Shown here one piece after another: positions 54,057-64,000 of a stretch of DNA of 64,000 nucleotides. The stretch's first letter is position 1; each line of letters begins with the position of its first letter. Both the position numbers and the translations under genes were made by a program. Origin of the DNA: Octopus vulgaris (Eukaryota). The DNA lies in NCBI GenBank assembly GCA_951406725.2, contig OX597826.1:6944001-7008000 (forward strand). The letters run 5' to 3'. The notes below the pieces were generated by a model that worked only from the letters and a program-made list of their open reading frames with translations, was not told the DNA's origin and ran no database searches.

Positions 54057-54436
54057 GGAGAGAAAGAGAGAGAAATATAGATAGATAGATAGATATAGAT
54101 ACATATATATGTATATATGCATTATGTAAGTATATATATATATAAATATATATATATAGGGAGAGAGAGAGAGAAAGAGAGAGAGAGAAATATAAATAGA
54201 TAGATATAGATACATATATATGTATATATATATATACACATATATATATATACATGTGTATGTATAAACAGGGAGACACTATGTCGACGTTTATAAGTAC
54301 TTTCACATTTCGTATATACGTATATATGTGTGTTTGCACTGGTATATGGTAGCATTTATATGTGTGTGTGAGTATGAGTGTGTGTTTGTGTGTAAGTGTG
54401 TGTGGCGGGCATCTTTATATATTCTGAGTAAAAATG

Positions 54437-54694
54437 CATGTATTTATATATTAAAAATATACAAACGCCACAAATACTCCGATAACAACGCCATCACCTA
54501 ATTCACAGTGGACTTTTAAAAAAGTTATGTACACGCAAAATATCGTTGATATTAAAATAGAATTTTGCACCGACAAAAACACTGAAAACGGACATAAATT
54601 AATAATAATATTCATAATGATGTCAATCATAATGATAGTGAAGATTATGAAGCAACCATTCATTATGGCAATGCTTCTGCGATTGCTGCTTCTG

Positions 54695-54758
<64 letters not shown>

Positions 54759-54760
54759 GG
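54437..54760 (+). repeat. Local duplication copy 1 (~320 bp unique sequence plus CTG/GAT repeats)
   Basis: Near-identical to 56707-57020. Confidence 0.9.
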
Positions 54761-55151
54761 AGGAGGAGGAGGAGGAGGAGACGATAATGATGATGACGAC
54801 GGCGATGATGGTGATGACGACGATGACGACTATGACGATGATGATGATCATGATGATGATGGTGGTGGTAGTGGTGGTGGTGGTGGTGGTGGTGGTGGTG
54901 ATCAGGATTATGGTGGTGATGAGGACGAGGAAGATGCCAAAAGGGACAGTGAGGTGATGCTGTTCACATCGTATTTGAGGCGACTGTTGTCATGGGGATG
55001 ATGTTGTTGATAATAATGATGAAGATTATGATGATGATGATGATCATGATGATGATGGTGATGATGATGAGGGTGATGATGATGATGGTGATGATGATGA
55101 TGAGGATGATGGGGATGATGAGGATGATGATGATGAGGAGGAGGATGATGG

Positions 55152-55182
<31 letters not shown>

Positions 55183-55340
55183 AGTGTTTGTGAGTGGTGG
55201 CTGTGGTTCCGGCGCTGGTGACTGCGGTGATGCAGGTGGTGGTGGTGGTGGTGGTGGTGGTGGTGGTGGTGGTGGTAGTAGTAATAATTATGATGATGAT
55301 GGCGACCACCACCACGACGATGACAATGTTCACGATGACG
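54760..55340. repeat. GAT/GAG/GGT trinucleotide low-complexity region
   Basis: Directly visible. Confidence 0.9.
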
Positions 55341-55937
55341 GCGATCATGATGACGATTGTCAAAACTGCTATTCTATACTATGCTTTTTTTCCTGTAAGG
55401 AAACTTTTGTCACGAATTGGCGTTTTATTGCAGCTGAGCGTTCTGAAGAATCCACACAGCAAACATAATATGATGATTTCTGTTGGCTGTGCAATGAGGC
55501 GTGAACGCTATTCGAGCAAGCGGCGTCTAACAGCAGTCATTAGCCATGACACAGAGTGCCAATGATGCGAAACGAAAGGCGACAAATGGAATCAAGAGGA
55601 AATGATAGGGCTTGATTTTTTCATATACTTTTATTAGGTTTTTCATATAGTTATATATATGTGTTATTTATATGTTTTATATATATATACATATATATAT
55701 ATGCATATATATATATGTATATATGCACATGTATATATGTATATATACGTGCATGATTACGGATGTGTATGTGTACATATATGTACATACTCTCAAAAGT
55801 ATATGAGTGTATGTGTATATATATATATATAGTTATGTACACACACAAGCACACGTACATATACGCGCATATACATAAGTGTGCATACCTGCTATATATA
55901 TATATATATATATACGCATATACATATACATATAGAT

Positions 55938-56089
<152 letters not shown>

Positions 56090-56377
56090 TATATATACAT
56101 AGATTTATATATACATTTATTTTTTTTTATTCCTCGTGCTTTAACGGTTGCGCGTTAGATATGGATCAGCGATATAAGTGCCTAATTAAAAGAATGTTTC
56201 TGGTCGTATTCAGGGATAATAGCTGCTGTGATGGTAACAGTGGTGAATTTAATAGTGGTGTATGATAGCAGCGATGATATCTATCGCAGTATTATTAGTT
56301 GTAGCTGCAGTTCTTTTTATCATTAACGCTATTTAGCTTATTGGTGATACGTATGTATATGCTGCTGCTAATGTTGC

Positions 56378-56411
<34 letters not shown>

Positions 56412-56706
56412 CCCGTTGGCGTTAGTGATGGTATTTCGTTATGGTAATGTGAGACAGGAAAGTGAAGACAAATTTCATTAGTACGCGGGACGCTTTTGTT
56501 GTTGTTCTTTTTAAAGGTAACGGATTATTATACCCTGCCTTGCTAAAAGAACAGGACGTACATGTTCGTTAAATATGGAATATTGCTCCAGGTGAGAGTA
56601 ACCTGTACTTTTGAGCTGCACTAAGCACAGGTGTGGTTGCGTGGTAAGAGCATTGCTTCCCAACCACATGTTTCCGGATTCAGTTCCACCGTCTGGCATT
56701 TTGGGC

Positions 56707-56971
56707 ATGTATTTATGTATAAAAAAATATATAAACGCCACAAATACTCCGATAACAACGCCATCACCTAATTCACAGTGGACTTTTAAAAAAGTTATGT
56801 ACACGCAAAATATCGTTGATATTAAAATAGAATTTTGCACCGACAAAAACACTGAAAACGGACATAAATTAATGATAATATTCATAATGATGTCAATCAT
56901 AATGATAGTGAAGATTATGAAGCAACCATTCATTATGGCAATGCTTCTGCGATTGCTGCTTCTGCTGTTGC

Positions 56972-57012
<41 letters not shown>

Positions 57013-57020
57013 ATGATGAC
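56707..57020 (+). repeat. Local duplication copy 2
   Basis: Near-identical to 54437-54760; truncates a SINE D head at 56625-56710. Confidence 0.9.
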
Positions 57021-57612
57021 GATGATGAAATGACGACGATGGAGACGATGATGACGATGAGGATCGTGATGATGACGACGACAACGATGGTGATGATGAT
57101 GACGACGATAATGTCGGCGACAACCACTATGACGATGATGGCGATGACGATAATGACGATGATGACGATGATGACGATAGTGACGATGATGACGACGATG
57201 ATGATGATGATGATGATGACGATGATGATGATGATGACGATGATGACGATAGTGACGATGATGACGATGACGATGATGATGATGATGATGATGATGACGA
57301 TGATGATGATGATGATGACGATGATGGCGATAGTGACGATGATGACGATGATGATGATGATGACGATGATGGCGACGACGATAATGACGATGATAACGAT
57401 AGTGACGATGATGACGATGATGATGATGATGATGATGATGATAATGATGATGATGACGATGATGACGATAGTGACGATGATGACGATGATGATCATTATG
57501 ATGACGACGACAACGATGGTGATGATGATGATGATGATGATGACGATGACGATAACGATGACGACGATAATGTCGACGACGACGACGACGACGATGATGA
57601 TGATGATGATGT
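57020..57612. repeat. (GAT/GAC)n array with higher-order repeats (gatgacgatagtgacgat)
   Basis: Directly visible. Confidence 0.9.
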
Positions 57613-58153
57613 TCGGGATCTTGGTGGTGTTAATGATGTCGGTTATGTATATTCGTTGTGCAAAGGTAGCGCGATTCCGGTGTTATTGATGTTATTCTTG
57701 ATAAGCGCTAAGTGAATTCTATCAAAGACGACGCACAGACTTGTATTACGAAAAACTGTCCTATTTGGAAAAAAGACTGAATGTAAGTTGAGGGTTATTT
57801 TGTTGTTATTTCTAGGAAGCTAGTTAACGACATAGAGATCCTTTGACAGAATGTTTTGTGGTAATTGCTATTGTTGTTGCTGCCGTTCATGTTGATGCGG
57901 TTTTTTGTTGATTATGTGTCTGTTCTTGTTATTGTTGCCGTTGTTCTCTATTCACAGATCAGCACTAACGGAGTAAATAAGTGACCAAAAGAATTCCGTT
58001 CTATCATGGCTATGCCATAGGTTTATGGCACGATAGTGGAATATTCTTTCGCGTGTGTCATATTGTTTCAGACACTAAGGTACAGCATGAGCGGCGAGGG
58101 AGCAAGCGAATTCTATAATTTGTATAATTGATGCTTTTTACTAGTAGTACGAG

Positions 58154-58865
<712 letters not shown>

Positions 58866-59159
58866 ATTAGATCATTCTAATAAAATGCAGAATTTTGTTG
58901 TTATAATGGTCAATTGCGAGAAGACACTTGGAAATTCTAATGCTGAGATCTAAATAACTAAAATGGCGAAATGTGCGTAAGAACTAATGATTTATAATTG
59001 CGCTGATCTTCATTTCCAGCTTCATATTTTCTACATACCATTACTAGTAAAATTTGTAACACGACTGAGTAGAATTGTAGAATAAACATTACAAAAGAAG
59101 TTAACTAGTTATTGATAACCTACATGGAGTCTAACGCATACACCAGTTGTCATAGACTA

Positions 59160-59215
<56 letters not shown>

Positions 59216-59315
59216 CACATGTCTGCGTGTGTGTGTTTGTATACATATGTGTGTGTATGTGTGTATGCCTGTAAGTACATATAAACATATGCATATATAA
59301 ACACAGATATATATT

Positions 59316-59366
<51 letters not shown>

Positions 59367-59467
59367 ACATACATACACATGTCTGCGTGTGTGTGTTTGT
59401 ATACATATGTGTGTATGTATGTAAGTACATATAAATATATGTATATATGAACACAGATATGTATTGG

Positions 59468-59506
<39 letters not shown>

Positions 59507-59510
59507 ATAC
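59160..59510 (+). repeat. Tandem duplication of a ~150-160 bp microsatellite-rich unit
   Basis: catacacatgtctgcgtgtg...aacacagatat.tattggtata occurs twice. Confidence 0.75.
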
Positions 59511-60013
59511 AGAAAGAGATGGAGAAGGAGAGAGGGGGACATTATTTATATATGTATACATATGTTTGCATATATACCTATCTGTATATGCGTACGTACC
59601 TGTGTGTGTGTGTATGTATTTATGTTCACACATGTATGTAATATACGTGTGTTGTAAAAAAAAGTGTAGGCATACATGGGCTTGTATGTATGAATTTATG
59701 CACATCTGTGTGGGGGTGAAGGCGAACTGGTTTGGTTTGTTGTGTTAATGATGATAACGCTTTGCTGTTAATTACGATTCACCTGCTCTTAGCAGTGATT
59801 AATCGATTTGGTGTTAAAAACATAAATGTTTCTAAATATGAAAATAACAAGGACAGCAGCATTGGTTACGTCCATAGAGTGACTTTATTTTACAAATTTT
59901 CAATTGGATAACTATTGCATCGACTGGAATACTGCAGTAGACTAAAGTGATACTATATGTGAGGAATCTATTTTAAATAGGTGTATATATATATATATAT
60001 ATAACATGTAAGG

Positions 60014-60198
60014 AGTCGATATCCTCCAACATCATCACTACAAGAACTGGGGTCTTTTAGCTGAAGAATGAACAAAAATTCCTTTGGAAGCAATTCAAAC
60101 TTTGTACGAATCCATACCTTATAAAATTCAAGCTGTAATTACTGACAAAAGCGGTCCTACGCCATTTTAAAATAAATTTGAAATTTTAAGGTGTCTCC
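60014..60198 (+). mobile_element. 3' fragment of the same Tc1 family as 12149-13380
   Basis: gtcgatatcctcca...gctgaagaatg...aaaattcaagctgtaattactg...ggtcctac matches 13173-13360. Confidence 0.85.
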
Positions 60199-60421
60199 AG
60201 ATATGTGTGTGTGTGTGTGTGTGTAAGAATAATCTGCCGAAATTACGAGGATATTCTGGTTCTTGACTGAAGATAGAACACTTCGAATGACTTGTCCTTG
60301 TTTTTTTTGTATCGTCTATCTGGATGGTTTGCTGTCCCTTTTTGTATCACCTAGTTGTCAGGATGTTTTGCGTTCTTGTCCCATTTTGTATTTTATATAT
60401 ATATATACACATATATATATA

Positions 60422-60495
<74 letters not shown>

Positions 60496-61291
60496 TATGT
60501 ATGTATGTATGTATGTATAGTGAATTAAAATTGAGTAGGGCTGTGAATAACACCAAATTCATAAAAATACTAGTTAAAATGCTCCAATGCTCTCATAAAG
60601 ACATATACTCTGATAGTGACTGCAATCGCCCCGAACACTGAACTGAGAATTTCTTAGACTGATCGCCCAGCTCGGCTATTTGTGTAGCCACCCACCGTCA
60701 GGCCAGATCGATCGGTTGATTCCGGCGTACCACGCCGACCAGCGTATATATATTCATCATAGAAATCTTATTTGTTTCTGTAGATTTTAAACAATACACG
60801 GCGCTATTCGGAACTTTCATTAATGTAAGAACAGGGGATGAGGAACCGTGAATTAAATTATGTTCGAATTACGACTGTTAATGCATGAAAAGATAAGTAG
60901 ATATTCTAAGAGACTCCAGTGAGATTCCATGTAGCAGAGCACATTTCTATATTTATTTTTCTTTTTTTCATATTCTTTTCTCTTTTTTTTTTTTTTTTTT
61001 TTTTTCTTTTCGAATACACTATTTTGCACACGCGGAAGATCGTACAGATATCGATGTCATTATCATGATTCCTGTCATTCCTTTCACAATTATCATAATT
61101 TTGAGAAATTTGGTCATTAATTATATCACTGATACACACACACATACACCCACACACACACTCACACACACGCACACACAAATATATATATATATGTATG
61201 TAGGGAGAGTTTACGAAAGAAACAAAAGACGAAGACAAGTGGTGTAGAAAACAAACAGATGTATTAGTACAACGCTCAGGAATAGAAAAAG

Positions 61292-61328
61292 GCTTTTCCG
61301 TTTCCAGCCTACGCTCTTCTACAGAAAG
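61292..61328 (-). ncRNA. Minimal hammerhead-like motif with atypical CUGUAGA-N core (copy 3, decayed)
   Basis: cttt-CTGTAGA-a-gagc-gtag-gctg-GAAA-cg-GA-aaag. The module 61200-61378 is homologous to 39973-40115. Confidence 0.5.
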
Positions 61329-61376
61329 GGACACACAAAGAACAAGGAAAGAAAAAAATGTGGGTAGTGACTAACG

Positions 61377-61476
<100 letters not shown>

Positions 61477-61480
61477 AATT

Positions 61481-62022
61481 ATGGCAATCTTATAAATATA
61501 AGACTAAAGCTGTAGATGATTAGCTCCAAGAGGCCACTGCCTCAATCTAGCTATTTGACACACAATCTGCGTCCATTATAGACTTTCGAACAGGGGAGGT
61601 CAGCCGTTTCATCCAGCTAGTCAGACAGCTGTAGATGCGTTTCAGGGTAGTTGCCCTTTATCAATGCAGCGTAGTCAGACCCAGCTGGTGTCGCTACTGA
61701 CTGTCCCTGTTCGAAGAATCTATTTACCTAGTTTCGGTGGAATATATCCACTTGTGTTCAATAATAGAAATATTAAAATTACTAAGTCTCTCTAAAAGGG
61801 ATTACGGCAGCGTTACTGGAAATTAATAGTTATCGCCATACTAATATGGCAATCTTATAAATATAATCATCGACAGCTTTAGTCTTATATTTATAAGATT
61901 GCCATATTAGTATGGCGATAACTATTAATTTCCAGTAACGCTGCCGTAATCTCTTTTAGAGAGACTTAGTAATTTTAATATTTCTATTATTGAAAACAAG
62001 TGGATATATTCCACCGAAACTA
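61481..62022 (-). mobile_element. 365-nt hammerhead-bearing non-coding unit with terminal direct repeat and inverted partial copy (retrozyme or PLE pseudo-LTR architecture)
   Basis: atggcaatcttataaatataa occurs at 61481 and 61846. 61865-62022 is an inverted copy. Abuts (TA)n. Confidence 0.8.
61628..61670 (-). ncRNA. Minimal type I hammerhead with U3-A8 core variant
   Basis: Minus strand: gctgca-TTGATAA-aggg-caacta-ccct-GAAA-cgca-TC-tacagc. Confidence 0.65.
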
Positions 62023-62184
62023 TGTAGAGTCGTGCTTACAGAAACATGCAATATTAAATTAGAGTGACGTAAACGATTGAACAGTGAGTGGCAAGCTGTG
62101 AGAGACATACTCTATCCAAGCGCAGGACATACACACCTTCGCATTTGTGGGTGGGTGTATATATATATATATATATGCACGCAC

Positions 62185-62292
62185 ATATTTAATCGAAAAT
62201 CAAAGTCGACCTCGCCTAATTTGCACTCGGAACGTAGCGGCAGACGAAATACAGCTATGTATTTCGCCCAGCGTTTCTGCCAGCTCGCCGCC
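62185..62292 (-). mobile_element. SINE family C 5' part
   Basis: Head ggcggcgagctggcagaaacg on the minus strand. Confidence 0.75.
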
Positions 62293-62293
62293 A

Positions 62294-62461
62294 TGTGAAG
62301 GCGCATGGCTCAGTGGTTAGAGCGTCGAGCTTACGATCGTGAGGTTGTGAGTTCGAATCCAGGACCGGGCTGCCTGTTGTGATCTTGAGCAAGACACATT
62401 ATTTCACGGTCCTGGAATCGAATTCACAACATCACGATCGTAAACTCGACGCTCTAACCAC
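62294..62461 (+). mobile_element. SINE type B head with a fold-back inverted copy
   Basis: A box tggctcagtgg and B box gttcgaatcc. 62313-62367 is inverted at 62407-62461. Confidence 0.8.
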
Positions 62462-63366
62462 GTATTTATTTATTTATTTATACAAAGAGAGAAAGAGAGG
62501 TAGATAAATAGATAGATAAATTAAGTATATACTCTCTCTCACACACAGACACATATATATATATATATTTGTATATATACAGATGTACAAACAGCCATAA
62601 ATAAAACGAAAAGAAAAATATTCATATACACATAAATATATGAGTACAGAAGGATAAAGTGGCAGAAACATGAATACATAGATAAACTCTACTGGATTTA
62701 CTCCTATATAAAGTCATAGCGAATAATTGCAGTTTATGTTGGTATGTCATCTTAATGTTTTTCAATATTGCATCGTCGAAGTATTTGTTTTAAACAATTT
62801 TAGCCATCAGGCATAGAAATTTGAAACATTGAAAACAACAGCATTTCCAGTTTTGCTAACGACTCACAAGAATTTATTTAAAATTTATATTTGATGCCTC
62901 CCATCACATTCGATGCTTTTTTTTTTTTTCTTCTTCTTTCTTCCCTCTAACAAAATTTGGGGACATTTGAATCCATGATTTTTTCTTTTTTTTTTTTTTT
63001 TACAATAAAAGAATATTTTATGTCCATTAAATTGATTCGATTTCAACAACATCGGAAGCAACGACAAAGCAACTAAAGGACTGAATGAAACATATAAAGC
63101 TTAACAAAGAACAATGAGCATATTATTCAATGCCTTCACAAAGCTTTCGAAAAATTCCCCAAAGGTTATATTTTTCTATGTATATTTTATTTGATTTGCA
63201 TCTATCTGTTTTCTTTCCAGCAAATTCAAAATTAAATACATACTTACACGCATGCAAGCACAGACACACACCCAGACAAGAATAAACACAAGAAATACAT
63301 CCATAAATATATACATATAAAACATGCATATACATACATACATACATACATACATACAGACAGACA

Positions 63367-63427
<61 letters not shown>

Positions 63428-63780
63428 TTCAATATGGGTAGAAAAAAGTTCTAGAATAGCCAAACAATGATATATGATAATACATAATTATGAAATGTCA
63501 GCTTGACCCAGTAGCCTGAAACATTTGACATCCGGTTTGGAAGGAAATATGCCAGAGAATTCGTCAAAGAATTATTTAAAGAGGAAAAGAAGAAAAAAAC
63601 TGTAAGAATTTGAAGTAAAATTGCCAAACCGGTCAATAGCTGTTAAATAATACCAGAAGGAGAAAAACACGATGTATAAACGCATGAGAATTATTCCGAG
63701 ATGCAATGAAGGTGAGAGTAGAAGTAAGTGAAGAAAACCAAAAAAACAACATGAGGTAGAAAATTATATATAATTATTAT

Positions 63781-63916
<136 letters not shown>

Positions 63917-64000
63917 CTGCAAGCTAATCCATTCTATACTGTACTATGTTATATATACCTTGTTACTTATATCAGCCCAACGTGTCATAATAATTATAGC

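Noticed and set aside
55465-55570. C/D snoRNA candidate (ATGATGA box C)
   Set aside because: No properly placed box D or terminal stem, and ATGATGA is abundant here by chance.
60255-60300. CTGAAGA...ttcGAAtgac possible hammerhead relic
   Set aside because: GAAA is incomplete and the stems are unsupported.

Overview
AT-rich, microsatellite-dense eukaryotic DNA, intergenic or intronic. The SINE families and the (TA)n/(CA)n/(GATA)n/trinucleotide load suggest a coleoid cephalopod (Octopus-like) genome; this is inferred from remembered repeat sequences and was not verified. I find no supportable host protein-coding exon, and almost all listed ORFs are translations of simple repeats. The recognisable content is transposable elements: two decayed Penelope-like elements (PLEs), full-length Tc1 and mariner copies with TIRs, an RTE LINE 3' end with three C2H2 fingers, a Gypsy integrase-tail/LTR fragment, a non-autonomous Helitron, hAT and Tc2/pogo-type MITEs, and about 20 tRNA-derived SINE copies in four families. 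The most notable signal is roughly ten minimal type I hammerhead-ribozyme motifs with palindromic stem III. They lie in short non-coding modules, most of them beside (TA)n tracts. Two modules look like 320-365 nt tandem or circular-template 'retrozymes'. One hammerhead carries a U3-A8 core covariation, and three copies share an atypical CUGUNGA-N core.
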